DNA of 64,000 bases from Campylobacterales bacterium (GCA_038205935.1 JBBRBK010000003.1:1-64000); one strand, 5' to 3'. Counted from the stretch's first letter, positions 29,364 to 40,875 are shown. Program-made: numbers and translations. The notes: generated by a model from the letters alone, not told the origin.

Positions 29364-30593
29364 ATGCTCCGTTTTTTACTCATATTTTTTATTCCACTTA
29401 CACTTTTTTCCGCCCAGATCAAAAATTTTCGCTGGAGTGATGGCGACACTTATCTTACCTTTTTAGAAAGACTCCATCTTCCAACAAAACCTCTTTACTA
29501 TAACCTCGATGCAGATGATCAAAAACTAACAGAAGAGATACGTGGCGGAGTCAACTGTCAAATACTAGAAGACCCTAAAAAGCAAGTCCAACAAATACTT
29601 ATCCCAGTCAATGATGAAATACAAATTCATATCACCAAGAATAAAGAGGATGTTACTTTTGAGGTGATTCCAATCATCAGCGAAACAAAAAGAGAGTCTT
29701 TTACCTTGGTGATCGACAGTTCTCCTTACAACGACATCATCAAAGTCACACAATCTACAAAACTAGCAAAAATCTTTGTAGATGCCTTTAAAAATTCTCT
29801 AAACTTTAAAAATGTTCACAAAGGCGATAAACTCGTTATGGTATATGATCGCATGTATAGACTCGGACGACCATTTTCTATGCCTGAGCTAGATGTGTGT
29901 ATGATGGAAATGAGTGGAAAGCAACACTATGTTTACCGCTTTAAAGATGATAGATATTATGATGAAACAGGCGCAGAACTTGAAGCTTTTTTACTTGCAG
30001 CGCCTATCAGAAATGGGCGTATCACCTCAGGATTTACTCTAAAAAGATGGCACCCTATCTTGCATAAATTTAGAGCACACCTTGGAGTCGACTATGGCGC
30101 TCGTCCGGGAACTCCTATTTTAGCGGCTGGGAACGGGACAGTTGTATTCTGCGGTGTTACGAATGGTTATGGAAATATGACAAAAGTCGCGCATAGCGGT
30201 GGCTATATCACGCTCTATGCCCACCAAAAAGCTTTTAAAAGTGGTGTCCATAAAGGAACAAGTGTTAAACAGGGACAAGTTATAGGATTTGTAGGAACTA
30301 CGGGTCTCTCAACTGGTCCTCACTTGCATTTTGGACTCTACAAAGATGGACGCGCGATCAATCCTCAAAGTGTTGTGAGACTTGCAGCAAGTAGACTGAG
30401 TGGTAAAGATAAAAATGCTTTCGACAAAATGAAACGTGGCTTGAATACTCTGGTTAATCAAGAATTAAAACAAGGTACAATGCCAAATAGTTTCCTAAAA
30501 CTTGAGCCTGTTTGTTACGCAGATGCAAACGGAAAACAAAAAACAAATGCGAAAGCAGCTACAGACACATCAGACGATGATGCTGACAACTAA
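29364..30593 (+). CDS. M23 peptidoglycan DD-metalloendopeptidase (Csd3-like)
   Basis: HLGVDY, YAHQ, STGPHLHF. Confidence 0.9.
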   Translation: MLRFLLIFFIPLTLFSAQIKNFRWSDGDTYLTFLERLHLPTKPLYYNLDADDQKLTEEIRGGVNCQILEDPKKQVQQILIPVNDEIQIHITKNKEDVTFEVIPIISETKRESFTLVIDSSPYNDIIKVTQSTKLAKIFVDAFKNSLNFKNVHKGDKLVMVYDRMYRLGRPFSMPELDVCMMEMSGKQHYVYRFKDDRYYDETGAELEAFLLAAPIRNGRITSGFTLKRWHPILHKFRAHLGVDYGARPGTPILAAGNGTVVFCGVTNGYGNMTKVAHSGGYITLYAHQKAFKSGVHKGTSVKQGQVIGFVGTTGLSTGPHLHFGLYKDGRAINPQSVVRLAASRLSGKDKNAFDKMKRGLNTLVNQELKQGTMPNSFLKLEPVCYADANGKQKTNAKAATDTSDDDADN

Positions 30594-30610
30594 AATAAAA
30601 GGATACAAAA

Positions 30611-31507
30611 ATGACAATATTTAAAAAAGAGATACCTGTTCAAGTTGTTCGACTTTTCGTCGTAGCACTTATTGTTATTGCTCTTGTGGCATTTAAAATG
30701 ATCAGCTCAAGTATGATCAAAGCTAAAATTGACAAGATGCTTGGTAATGCAAAAGCATACGTTACTTACGGCAGTGCATCTATGGACTTTTTCGGTTTTG
30801 ATGTGCATGTAAATGACATCAGAATCATGGTTCCAAATGCAAAACCTATCATTGTCGATGAGATGGTTGTAAAATCTCTCGATACAGAGAATGCTGTTCC
30901 TCGTTATATGAATGTCAAACTCAAAGGGATTCAAACTGATCTTGCAATGCTAAGATCAAATCCAGAAATGGCGGCTAAACTTGATGTGCTTAACCTCAAG
31001 GATGTAAACTCAAATATTACTATCAACTATACATTTGAGAAAGATCAGCAGATGATAGATGTCAAAGATTTGACTCTTAAAGTTGAAAAAGCAGGAACAC
31101 TTACTTACAAAACAAAACTTTATAATATCGTGGCGATGGAATATTTCCCTATGCAGATCAACCTCGCGCCGCAAACGATCAAATTTGGAGAGACCTCTTT
31201 ACATTATAAAGATGATTCATTTATGGAACGTTGGACGAAACTTAAAGCACAAGATGCAAACCAGAGTGTTGATGTGTATAAACAAGAGCATTTAAAAACA
31301 ATGCAGGCAGAGCTAGATACGGCAAAAGCAAACTCTCAAAGCTATGAAGCGCTTATTGATCAAGCGATGATCACATTTATGAAAAATCCTAAAGTATTTG
31401 ATTTTGCCATTGCACCAAAAGAGCCCGTATCTCTTATGATGCTAGGCACCATCAAATCTCGCGATGATGTTTTAAAAACACTCAACCCAAAAGTATCAGC
31501 AGAATAA
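30611..31507 (+). CDS. Hypothetical membrane-anchored periplasmic protein
   Basis: AAGGA SD; single N-terminal TM; 298 aa. Confidence 0.75.
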   Translation: MTIFKKEIPVQVVRLFVVALIVIALVAFKMISSSMIKAKIDKMLGNAKAYVTYGSASMDFFGFDVHVNDIRIMVPNAKPIIVDEMVVKSLDTENAVPRYMNVKLKGIQTDLAMLRSNPEMAAKLDVLNLKDVNSNITINYTFEKDQQMIDVKDLTLKVEKAGTLTYKTKLYNIVAMEYFPMQINLAPQTIKFGETSLHYKDDSFMERWTKLKAQDANQSVDVYKQEHLKTMQAELDTAKANSQSYEALIDQAMITFMKNPKVFDFAIAPKEPVSLMMLGTIKSRDDVLKTLNPKVSAE

Positions 31508-31513
31508 AAATAT

Positions 31514-31541
31514 GATTCTCCTTTCTAATAAAAGGAGAATC
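31514..31541. terminator. Bidirectional terminator hairpin
   Basis: GATTCTCCTTT-CTAATA-AAAGGAGAATC. Confidence 0.7.
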
Positions 31542-31548
31542 CACTCTC

Positions 31549-34005
31549 TTAACTAATGACGTCTTCAATCAAATCTGCAGAAGGCTCATAAAAATAATAC
31601 CCTTGTGAAAAATCGATTCCAATTTTTTTAACCTCTTCATAAATAGCTTCATCAGCAACAAATTCAGCAACTGTTTCAATGCCTATCTTTTGGGAAAAAT
31701 CATTGATATGCTGAACAAATAATCGAGCATTTGCATCGCTTGAAAGATTTTTAATTAAACTAGCATCTATTTTTAAAATATCAATATTTAATTTCAGTAA
31801 ATGATCAAAGTTTGAATATCCTGCACCAAAATCATCAATGGCAAAACGGCATCCCAAAGCCTTAAACCGTTCAATAAAGAGATGAACTTCGCTATAGTTA
31901 TCAATCCCCTCAGTTTCTAATATCTCAAAGATAACTTTTTTCCCGATCTGATACGACTCGATCAATTTTTTCATATAATCTGCAAGCTCTGCATTGAGTA
32001 AATCTTCTGTTGAAAGATTGATACTAATAGGAAGCGTACTGTGTTTGAGTTTTTCGAATGTTTTATCAACCATGATTCTCGTAAGCTGTCCATACAATCT
32101 TGTTTTTTTGGCAATATCTAAAAAGAATATTGGACTCATCACACTGCCATCTTTCCTGATAATACGGATAAGTGCTTCGTACTTAATTATTTTACGACTT
32201 TTGTTATCAACTATGGGCTGAAAAAATGGTACCACTCGAGACTCTTCTATCGCTTCTTTTATCTTCTTATACCTTGAAATATTATTTTCATGATCTGTTT
32301 TATTCAATGATTCCATATAAATATTAAGAGGTTTATGTCCCATCTTTGCACGCTTTAATGCGGCTGTTGCGTGTTCTATAATTCGCTCTGCTCCAGAAGC
32401 GATACCTACTGTAATACTAAGTGTCATCTCAATACTGTTTACAAAATGCATTTCATGCGCTGTCTCAAGAATCAGGTCATTCATGCTTTTTTTACACTCT
32501 ATCAACTCTATACCATTTTCAAATAAAACAGCGAATTCATCGCCACTAAGTTTGTATAAAGATATCAATTTATTTGCTTTTATTTTCAAAGAGAGCCAAC
32601 TTGCGTAAACGCTCAAAACAGCATCTCCAATCATAACACCATAGACGTCATTAATATCATTAAAACGATCCAAATTTATAATGGCGAGGGTAGGATTATC
32701 CATCTCCAAAAGCTTATCTCCTAATACGATTCGATTTGGAAGGTTTGTAATGGCATCTGTTGTCAAATGATGTTCAAGCTCTTGATTCTTTTGAAACGAA
32801 CGCATAGCAAACCCGATATCTCCTGCTAATTCTTCAAGCATAGCTATCTCTTTAGGCTCAAATCCATTCGGGTTCAAAGAGTACAACCCTAGCACACCAA
32901 AAGAGCTTTCATGGATACTTGCTCTCAAAGGTAGAGCGATAAAAGATCCAAAGCCATTGCGTTTAGCGATCTCTATCCAAGCATTGCTTGTTTGCAGAGT
33001 TTGTATATTTTCTATAATGTAATATTTTCCTGAAGAAAATACTTCAAAAATGGGATCAACTGTTTGGTTTGTCATATCAATATAAAATTCTTGCTCAGAA
33101 AAATCATTGCTTGACATGGTATGGACCTCAAGAATTCCTTTGTTTTGCGTTCCTATCCAGCAAAGTCCATATCCTTCATGCATGGCTAGAAGATTTACAC
33201 TTTGCATCATAAGTTCATCATTGTTTTTTACTGTAATAAGCAATCTATTAATATCAGCAACCGTCCGAAGAATCGCATCTAAATATCTTGTCTCTTCTAG
33301 AGCATGTTCCAATGATTCCTGTTTTTCTATCATCGATCTAAAAGAGTCTGTGAGTGTCGAATCAAGCTCAGTAAGTTCGTCAATATAATATAAAGTCTTT
33401 TCTTCATTTTTTGTGCGAGCATGACTTATAATCTTTTCCAATGGGGCAACAAGAAATTTTTGCACTAATATAAAGATAAAAATACTTATCAAAGAGAAGA
33501 TAAGAAAAATACTCACGCCATACGATATGGCAATCTTACTCAGTTCACCATAAACATAATCATCGCTTATCTGTATAAGAAACTCTACATCACGCTTTTT
33601 AGCACCTTCAAAATAGTAAAAATCACTTTTGTATTGCAGAGCATGATCTTTCATTAAGCCATCTAAAATGTTCGCAATAGGATAATATTTATCCTCTATT
33701 TTTTTTCCTTTTTGAGAGCGTGAAGAAGAAAACTCGATAACTTTTTTATCACGTGAGATAGAAAGAATTTCGATTGCATGATTCGTTGCAGACGTTCGGT
33801 CAAGGATGCCCTGAACTCGCTCATCATAACCCGCATCGAGGGCTTGCTTGATGTCACCTTCAAGACGGAAGATATTTTGATGGATATTACTAGAAACTGT
33901 ACGTAGTTGCATCTCTCTTTGGTAAGAGTAAAGTTCTTTGGAAAATAAAGCGATTACAAGTCCATTTGCAGTGACTATGAGTAATGCAGTTTTACTAAGT
34001 TTCAA
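31549..34005 (-). CDS. Membrane sensor with GAF, GGDEF and EAL domains
   Basis: Two TMs; GAF (LEELAGDIGFA); SGDEF; YEALIR, DDFGAGYSNF, QGYY. Confidence 0.92.
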   Translation of the reverse strand: MKLSKTALLIVTANGLVIALFSKELYSYQREMQLRTVSSNIHQNIFRLEGDIKQALDAGYDERVQGILDRTSATNHAIEILSISRDKKVIEFSSSRSQKGKKIEDKYYPIANILDGLMKDHALQYKSDFYYFEGAKKRDVEFLIQISDDYVYGELSKIAISYGVSIFLIFSLISIFIFILVQKFLVAPLEKIISHARTKNEEKTLYYIDELTELDSTLTDSFRSMIEKQESLEHALEETRYLDAILRTVADINRLLITVKNNDELMMQSVNLLAMHEGYGLCWIGTQNKGILEVHTMSSNDFSEQEFYIDMTNQTVDPIFEVFSSGKYYIIENIQTLQTSNAWIEIAKRNGFGSFIALPLRASIHESSFGVLGLYSLNPNGFEPKEIAMLEELAGDIGFAMRSFQKNQELEHHLTTDAITNLPNRIVLGDKLLEMDNPTLAIINLDRFNDINDVYGVMIGDAVLSVYASWLSLKIKANKLISLYKLSGDEFAVLFENGIELIECKKSMNDLILETAHEMHFVNSIEMTLSITVGIASGAERIIEHATAALKRAKMGHKPLNIYMESLNKTDHENNISRYKKIKEAIEESRVVPFFQPIVDNKSRKIIKYEALIRIIRKDGSVMSPIFFLDIAKKTRLYGQLTRIMVDKTFEKLKHSTLPISINLSTEDLLNAELADYMKKLIESYQIGKKVIFEILETEGIDNYSEVHLFIERFKALGCRFAIDDFGAGYSNFDHLLKLNIDILKIDASLIKNLSSDANARLFVQHINDFSQKIGIETVAEFVADEAIYEEVKKIGIDFSQGYYFYEPSADLIEDVIS

Positions 34006-34910
34006 TGCAGCAACCTATTTGTTTCAATATGCTGTGTATGCAGTTGAGTCTCTATATCCGTATGTATTCCGCTATTTAACCATTGAATCTGAGTAGTTGA
34101 GTCCATAAATTCTTGATAGCTTTGTCCCTCTAAATATCCACGAATTGTTTCATAATATTCATGTGGATCACGTTTGAATCGATCCAAGGCTTTATTAAAG
34201 ATAGTTAAAAGTTCTTTGTAATCATCTTCTCTTCCATTCACAAAACGCTCATCCATAAAAAGAGCATCAATCACAGAAAAAGATTTCATAGTGCGGGTTG
34301 AAGTAACTGTTACATATCCTTTTTTAACAAACTCTGAGACATATGGATCATAAGAGATCATAATCGTCGGAGAACCTGATGGGCTGACTTTAGTCATCAT
34401 CTTTTGTGAGCTGTTTTTCAATACAAACTGTAACTTTTCTAAGCCATTTTCCTGAACAAATGCCTTGAAAAAATCTTCATCTAAAGAACTTAATTCTAAA
34501 TATACAGTAATGGGTTTATGTTCTGCTCGAAGTTCCCCTAAAGAACGATTTGCCAAAATCACATCTGCACCATAAGAACGGTCGATTAAAAAAACGGGTT
34601 TAAGACGACTATGGTCTTTAAAGTGCAAAAGTTCATATTGAGTGGCAGTAAAACCTTGAGTGAATCCGCTATCATAGAGCCGACTATTTTCAGATAAATC
34701 TACAAGCCAGACAAATTTAAAAGGTGTTTTATCAAGCCATCCCTTTTCTTGGGCATAAATAAAAGGAGTAAATCCAACCCAAGGATTGCTAGAAATTTGG
34801 ATAGGCTGTTTGTCCAAACGGTTAGAATAAAAAAATCCAACTATTGCAACTACGATGATAAAAAGAACTAAAGATAAAATCGCATAACTTTTTTTCATTT
34901 TTATCTTCAC
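34002..34910 (-). CDS. Periplasmic binding protein (NMT1/nitrate-sulfonate-like fold)
   Basis: PWVGFTPFIYAQEKG, IDRSYGAD, SYDPY; 4-nt overlap with the sensor gene. Confidence 0.75.
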   Translation of the reverse strand: MKIKMKKSYAILSLVLFIIVVAIVGFFYSNRLDKQPIQISSNPWVGFTPFIYAQEKGWLDKTPFKFVWLVDLSENSRLYDSGFTQGFTATQYELLHFKDHSRLKPVFLIDRSYGADVILANRSLGELRAEHKPITVYLELSSLDEDFFKAFVQENGLEKLQFVLKNSSQKMMTKVSPSGSPTIMISYDPYVSEFVKKGYVTVTSTRTMKSFSVIDALFMDERFVNGREDDYKELLTIFNKALDRFKRDPHEYYETIRGYLEGQSYQEFMDSTTQIQWLNSGIHTDIETQLHTQHIETNRLLH

Positions 34911-34957
34911 CTTTTATTTTTATAAAGTAGATAATTTTAACACATTTCTTTTAAGTT

Positions 34958-36046
34958 TTATCTTTTTCTATCTTCACTTTTTAAAAAATCCAGTACCTCT
35001 TTTGCATCTCCTTCAAATAAACGAGGTAATTCACTTTTTTTAAGCTGATAGTCATACATGGGATCATAATATTCACGAAGTAAAAGCTCTATCCACTCCT
35101 TATGTCTCGCATCATCGCCACTCATAAAGCTTTGGGAAAAAAGAGCTTTTATTTTCAAATAACGTTCACTTCCTAAACGTTTTTGTATTCTGTCTAAGCC
35201 TGCACCAACATCTTCAGACCACTGAACTCTTCCTCGTTCTTTGAAACTAACGGCATAATCTTTCAAAGCAGAAGTTACATACTCTTCATACGTGATCTCT
35301 ACACGTTCTTGCAAAGTGGTATGCAAGATAACAAGACTTCCTTGGTTAAAGTTATCAAAGATCGGTTTTGGAATATATAAACCTCCAATATTATGACTTT
35401 CATGTTCTATAACTAAGTGCTGATGCCCTCGCGCATTGTGCTGTAAAATCTGATAATACAAGGCATGTTCAAAATCGATTTGTGAGGGCTGAGGAGAGAT
35501 GAATTTCCCAAAAGAAGAACCTCTGTGTTTTGCGAGTCCTTCAAGGTCTATGGCATTTTCCAGCTTCTGCAATAAAAGCGTTTTTCCAGAACCTGTTCTT
35601 CCTCCGATAATGATCGTTTTCGCCTTAGCGGTGATCTCCTCGGATTGCTCTGTTAAAAAACGACGAAAGGCTTTATATCCACCTTTTAGGCGTGGAATAG
35701 TGAGGCCAGCTTCATCCAACCAGTTTTGCGTGATACCAGATCTCTGTCCTCCACGGAAGCAATACAGGTATGCATCTGGATTGTCTTGCATGTAGGCTTT
35801 CCATTGCGTAAGAAGCACGGCTTGAACTTCTGCATTGACAAGTTTTTCTCCTAGTTTCATAGCAGCTGCATTGCCATTATTTTTGTAACAAATACCGATT
35901 TGTCGTCTTTGTTCATCATCTAAAATAGCTATATTTTTAGAGTTTGGAAATGCACCAAGTATAAATTCAACTGGAGCACGAACATCTAGCAGAGGTCTGT
36001 TTTTTAGAACAATAGAAAGAAAATCATCTGTCAAAGGAAGACTCAT
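34958..36046 (-). CDS. mnmH: tRNA 2-selenouridine(34) synthase
   Basis: [18 protein letters not shown] rhodanese, [24 protein letters not shown] 36046 overlaps selD stop. Confidence 0.93.
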   Translation of the reverse strand: MSLPLTDDFLSIVLKNRPLLDVRAPVEFILGAFPNSKNIAILDDEQRRQIGICYKNNGNAAAMKLGEKLVNAEVQAVLLTQWKAYMQDNPDAYLYCFRGGQRSGITQNWLDEAGLTIPRLKGGYKAFRRFLTEQSEEITAKAKTIIIGGRTGSGKTLLLQKLENAIDLEGLAKHRGSSFGKFISPQPSQIDFEHALYYQILQHNARGHQHLVIEHESHNIGGLYIPKPIFDNFNQGSLVILHTTLQERVEITYEEYVTSALKDYAVSFKERGRVQWSEDVGAGLDRIQKRLGSERYLKIKALFSQSFMSGDDARHKEWIELLLREYYDPMYDYQLKKSELPRLFEGDAKEVLDFLKSEDRKR

Positions 36047-37074
36047 AATACCTCTATTAAGTACTTCGATGGTGCAATTGTTTCGCCTATGGAGTTTAAA
36101 TCCAAACCATTTTTTGAACATAAGCCGAGGAACTCTGAAACACTCTCTTTTTTTACGACACAAAGCAGTCCGCCTGAGGTCTGCGCGTCACAAAGAATAT
36201 TTTCTCTATCAGGACTCATAGGACTGAGGTGATGGCCGTAGCTCTCAAAGTTTCTTCGTGTGCCGCCTGGAACACAGCCCATTTCCAAGTATTTTTTGAC
36301 ATTTGGAAGGATGGGAACATCATCAAAACGTACAATTGCCGAGATGCCGCTACTCTCACAGATCTCACTCAAATGTCCTAATAAACCAAAACCAGTCACA
36401 TCTGTAAGCGCCGTTACTCCTTCAAGTTTGGCGATCTCTGCGCCGATCTTGTTTAAAGTACACATCGCCTCAATTGCGATATTAATATCATCTTTTTCGA
36501 TCTTGTCCTGTTTTTGTGCAGTCGTTAAGATACCTATTCCAAGTGGTTTTGTTAAGAAAAGTTCACATCCTGCAAGTGCTGTATTGTTTTGCTTCAAATA
36601 TTTATTTTCAACTAAACCGCTGACTGCTAGACCAAAGATCGGTTCGGGAGAATCAATGCTATGCCCACCAGCAAGAGGAATCCCCGCTTCTTCACAGACT
36701 GAGCGTCCACCCTCGATCACTTTTTGAGCGATCTGGGCACTTAACACATTGATAGGCCAACCAAAGATAGCAATCGCCATCAAAGGTTTTCCACCCATCG
36801 CATAAATATCACTAATTGCATTCGTTGCGGCAATACGTCCGAAAGTAAAAGGATCATCCACTATGGGCATAAAAAAGTCAGTTGTACTTAGTAATGAGGT
36901 TCCATTACCCAAGTCATAGCAAGCCGCATCATCTTTGCTTTCATTTCCTACAAGAAGTGCAGGATAGTGGATTTTGTCTCTTGAACTTTGAAGGATAGTA
37001 TCTAAAAGTTTTGGGGAGATTTTGCAGCCACATCCGGCGCCATGACTATATTGCGTTAATTTTACATTTTCCAT
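36043..37074 (-). CDS. selD: Selenide, water dikinase (Cys form)
   Basis: [41 protein letters not shown]. Confidence 0.96.
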   Translation of the reverse strand: MENVKLTQYSHGAGCGCKISPKLLDTILQSSRDKIHYPALLVGNESKDDAACYDLGNGTSLLSTTDFFMPIVDDPFTFGRIAATNAISDIYAMGGKPLMAIAIFGWPINVLSAQIAQKVIEGGRSVCEEAGIPLAGGHSIDSPEPIFGLAVSGLVENKYLKQNNTALAGCELFLTKPLGIGILTTAQKQDKIEKDDINIAIEAMCTLNKIGAEIAKLEGVTALTDVTGFGLLGHLSEICESSGISAIVRFDDVPILPNVKKYLEMGCVPGGTRRNFESYGHHLSPMSPDRENILCDAQTSGGLLCVVKKESVSEFLGLCSKNGLDLNSIGETIAPSKYLIEVL

Positions 37075-37166
37075 AATTCTACTTTTTTCAAATGATAGCC
37101 AAAACTAGAAACTAATGTGATAAAAATGCTATGATTTGCTAAAATCAACTACAGAAGAGTCTAACT

Positions 37167-37643
37167 ATGAAAAATCAAACTATTTCTATTCCCTATTTTA
37201 GAGATCTTACACTCAAACACATTGTCTTAGACTACAATGGAACTATCGCAAAAGATGGCATTCTCAAACAGGAAGTCAAAGAACGTCTTCCTCTTTTAAC
37301 CCAAACGTATCACTTACATGTAATCACATCAGACACTTTTGGAAGTGTTCATGAACAACTCAAAGATTTCGATGTTACCATAAAAGTGCTCAGTACTGAT
37401 GATCATACCCTTGAAAAAGCAACTTATATCGAAGTGCTTGGAGGTCTTTCTTGCGTGGCAATAGGAAATGGAAATAATGATGTGCAGATGTTAAACGATG
37501 CAACCCTCTCGATAGCACTACTAGGCGACGAGGGATGTAGCAGAAAAGCTTTGATGAATAGCGATATCGTATGTACAGAGATAGCAGATGCTCTTGACTT
37601 GCTTTTAAATGAAAAGCGTTTGATCGCTACTCTAAGAAAGTAG
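37167..37643 (+). CDS. HAD-superfamily hydrolase (soluble P-type ATPase-like)
   Basis: LDYNGT, ITSDTFG, AIGNGNND. Confidence 0.85.
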   Translation: MKNQTISIPYFRDLTLKHIVLDYNGTIAKDGILKQEVKERLPLLTQTYHLHVITSDTFGSVHEQLKDFDVTIKVLSTDDHTLEKATYIEVLGGLSCVAIGNGNNDVQMLNDATLSIALLGDEGCSRKALMNSDIVCTEIADALDLLLNEKRLIATLRK

Positions 37644-37645
37644 TT

Positions 37646-38089
37646 TTGATGTTACTCACTGATCTTATTGGTCCGCTGCAATTATCTATTGGGCCTGTAA
37701 TTCTTATCTCCGGAGTCGGTTTGATAATACTCAGTCTCACAAATCGTTTGGGACGTATAGTCGATAGAACACGTCAACTTTCCATAGAATACCGCATATC
37801 TACAGGTGAAGATCTTGAGCGCATTTTATCCGAACTCAAGATTCTTACAACAAGAGCAAAAGTTATCAGAGGCAGTAATATGCTCGCAGTTATGAGTGTT
37901 TTATTTGTTTCACTCATTATCATCAGTTTATTTGGGTCCGCGCTCTACAATCTTGACACGAGTTATCTGCTGATAACACTCTTTACATGTAGCATTATCA
38001 GCTTGATTGTGGCCCTCGGACTGTTTATATATGATATAGAACTCTCCTTAGAAGCTCTTTGGATCGAGCTTCCACAAGAACTAAACTAA
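37646..38089 (+). CDS. DUF2721-like membrane protein
   Basis: PVILISGVG...TNRLGRIVDR; three hydrophobic segments. Confidence 0.75.
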   Translation: MMLLTDLIGPLQLSIGPVILISGVGLIILSLTNRLGRIVDRTRQLSIEYRISTGEDLERILSELKILTTRAKVIRGSNMLAVMSVLFVSLIIISLFGSALYNLDTSYLLITLFTCSIISLIVALGLFIYDIELSLEALWIELPQELN

Positions 38090-38890
38090 TTAGTTACCAA
38101 AAACTGTTTTAAGAAGAGAAGTTGTTTGCGCAACAGGATCTTTTCTTATCTGTGCTTCTTTTGTTGCAATCATTTTAAAAAGTCCCTCAATCGCTTTGCT
38201 TGTCACATAATCATCTAACTTTGCATCTTTTTCTGAAGGCAAATATTCATCGGCTCCAAAACTTTTTGCCATGCCCATCAAAGAGTTATTTTCAACAACA
38301 CCTTTTATGTTTGATGTATATAATCCATTAAACTTATCATAATATTTTGCTACGCTGTTTTGTTGCATACTTTTTACAACGATCGGCTTGATCATCTCTT
38401 GTAAAGAGCTGGTCGTATTTTTTTGAAAATACTCCGTAGCCGCATGCTCATCGCCCGCTAAAATAGTTTTGGCGTCTTGCATGTTCATCTTTTCAATAGC
38501 TTTCATAAAAATAGAAGTGGTTTTAGGAGCAGCTTCAGTTGCCGCGTCGTTCATGGACTGGATAAGATCATCTGCCACTTTATCTCCGCCGACTTTTCTT
38601 ATCAAACTTTCCGCTTGTGCAAGCTTGTCTGGCAATGGGATTTTAACGTCTGCATTGTTTAAGTAGCCGTCTTTTTTGCTAAGTGTTTTGACACCAAAAT
38701 CTACACCAATTTTAAGCGCTTCTTTGAGGCCGTTTGACACAGTAGAATCACTGAGATTCGAGGTCGTTTTTGTAGATGGACTCGGTTGCGTTGCTGTTTG
38801 TAATGCGTCACTTGCAAAACCTGAGAGATCAAAACTAAAAGCCATACTAGAGGCTAAAGTTAACGAAGTGAGTACAGAAAATACTTTCAT
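38090..38890 (-). CDS. DUF4197-like exported protein
   Basis: Signal peptide; GLKEAL, KIPLP, MNDAA, GLFKMIA...IRKDP. Confidence 0.82.
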   Translation of the reverse strand: MKVFSVLTSLTLASSMAFSFDLSGFASDALQTATQPSPSTKTTSNLSDSTVSNGLKEALKIGVDFGVKTLSKKDGYLNNADVKIPLPDKLAQAESLIRKVGGDKVADDLIQSMNDAATEAAPKTTSIFMKAIEKMNMQDAKTILAGDEHAATEYFQKNTTSSLQEMIKPIVVKSMQQNSVAKYYDKFNGLYTSNIKGVVENNSLMGMAKSFGADEYLPSEKDAKLDDYVTSKAIEGLFKMIATKEAQIRKDPVAQTTSLLKTVFGN

Positions 38891-39013
38891 GTGAAGAGTC
38901 CTTTTTTATATATGTTAGCCAATTACTATAGAAATAGACTTTAAATTCGTTTTACATGTAAGCAATCGGCTATAATTTTACCAATAAAAAATCTACAAAA
39001 TCGGGGAAGATCA

Positions 39014-40573
39014 TTGAGGCATAAAATCAAAAATGAGATAAAAGAAAATAAACAATACCTAACTCTTAGTTATCTCATCAGTATTTTAACCATCATTCCC
39101 CAAGCAATAGCTTCTGAATCAAATGACTTCGAGCACTTTATATTTCTACTCATTGTCTTGTTTGTCATGATACTCGTTTCGAAATTTAACAAACTTTTAT
39201 TTGCTTTATTTATTATCTACATGAATGTGACAAATATCATTATCTCACATATTTACATGCATTGGGGATATTGTGATGCGGATATCGGACCGAGGATCGA
39301 AGTCTCCGCCGTTTCCCCTGTGTATGAAACTTTAGAATACTTAAAAACTTACATCGATTACAGAGATATATTAGTATTCGTTTATACCTCCTTTGTGCTC
39401 TTTCTTCTTTATAAACTCTTAGTCCATTATAAACACTCTTTTAAGATCATAAGATTTTTAGGTTTTATTCTCGGCGCTGCCGTGATCGCGGCACTTTATT
39501 ACTATTATGATCCTTTAGAATATGAAGAGCCTTTTAATATCCCAAATAAATGTATTACGGCGGAGGGACATAGCCAACTTTATAATGAAAGAACAAAATA
39601 TCTAGCGAGTCTGCAACAAGAGTTCAAGCAAAACGACCATTCCCTCTATGATAAAATCGTAGTTATTCAAGGAGAATCTGTCAACAAAAATCACATGGCA
39701 ATCTACAATTATGATGAAAATACAACTCCATTTTTATCCTCTTTAAAAGATCAAAATCAACTTTATGTTTTCAATGCCATCGCTCCGACAAATCAAACAC
39801 GATACTCTATACCGATTTTACATACAAAAGCAAATGTTCATAATTTTTCAGATGCATTTATTCACTCCAGATCGATTATTGGTGATTTTAAAATGCATAA
39901 ATATAAAACATATTGGATCTCAAATCAAGGAGAAGCGGGAGAACATGATTCCTCTATCGCTTCTATGGCACAAGAAGCAGATGTCCATCATTTTGAAAAT
40001 CTGAACTTTATGACCGCACAACCTGATGAAGTGTTGCTCTCTTATATCAACCATCTTCAAAACAGTTCCAAAAAAGAGATGTACCTCATCCATCTTATGG
40101 GTTCTCATGCGGATTATGAAAGAAGATATTCCTATAAACAGATTTTATTTAAAGAACCTAGTAGTGTGGCACAAGATTATGACAATACAATTTTTTATAC
40201 AGACTATATTTTAAAAAGTATCTTTACCTATTTCACAAATACATTTCCAAATCAGAAAATACTCTTTGTCTACATCTCAGATCATGGCGAAGTTGTGAGT
40301 GAAAAAGAGCATGGACACGGTTATCTACCACCATTTAAAGATGAATATGATGTCCCTTTTGTCATCTTTAGCAATGTTAAAAATAACAGAATTGATGAAC
40401 TTTATAAAAACAATAAAAAAGGGGTTTTCAATCTTGAGAATTTAAACTATATGATCGAGTATATAAGCGGGATGAGTGATGAAAATAATATCTCATACTC
40501 TAAAGATGTATTTGCTCTAGAACCTAAAAATATTGTTGACTACAATACACTTCCATTTTACGATAAAAAATGA
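39014..40573 (+). CDS. Phosphoethanolamine transferase / sulfatase-like membrane protein
   Basis: N-terminal TMs; QGES, NQTRYS, HLMGSH, SDHGE. Confidence 0.85.
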   Translation: MRHKIKNEIKENKQYLTLSYLISILTIIPQAIASESNDFEHFIFLLIVLFVMILVSKFNKLLFALFIIYMNVTNIIISHIYMHWGYCDADIGPRIEVSAVSPVYETLEYLKTYIDYRDILVFVYTSFVLFLLYKLLVHYKHSFKIIRFLGFILGAAVIAALYYYYDPLEYEEPFNIPNKCITAEGHSQLYNERTKYLASLQQEFKQNDHSLYDKIVVIQGESVNKNHMAIYNYDENTTPFLSSLKDQNQLYVFNAIAPTNQTRYSIPILHTKANVHNFSDAFIHSRSIIGDFKMHKYKTYWISNQGEAGEHDSSIASMAQEADVHHFENLNFMTAQPDEVLLSYINHLQNSSKKEMYLIHLMGSHADYERRYSYKQILFKEPSSVAQDYDNTIFYTDYILKSIFTYFTNTFPNQKILFVYISDHGEVVSEKEHGHGYLPPFKDEYDVPFVIFSNVKNNRIDELYKNNKKGVFNLENLNYMIEYISGMSDENNISYSKDVFALEPKNIVDYNTLPFYDKK

Positions 40574-40593
40574 TCTTATAAGATCCAAGATGA

Positions 40594-40863
40594 TCACCTA
40601 TTTTGTGTATTACCAAGTGGATACCAATTTTTGTTATTGTTATTGTCCTCATCTTGTTTAGTGCCGTCCATCAGCTGTTTAATGACTGCTACGTTGTTTA
40701 TGATCGCGCTTATAGATCCATTTTGAGTCAGATTTGCATCTTTCTTTGGAGTTTGTTTTGCAGTTTGAGGCGTATTTATTGGTTCTAATGGAATCCAATT
40801 TTTATCTGCATAGAGGTTACTTATACCAAATAATAAAGAGAGTAAAGAAAGTCTAATTTTCAT
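40594..40863 (-). CDS. Small exported hypothetical protein
   Basis: Signal peptide; 89 aa. Confidence 0.65.
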   Translation of the reverse strand: MKIRLSLLSLLFGISNLYADKNWIPLEPINTPQTAKQTPKKDANLTQNGSISAIINNVAVIKQLMDGTKQDEDNNNNKNWYPLGNTQNR

Positions 40864-40875
40864 AAAGATTGGACT

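Noticed and set aside
36043..37074. Possible selenocysteine in SelD
   Set aside because: The active-site codons are TGT and TGC (GCGCK); there is no in-frame TGA.
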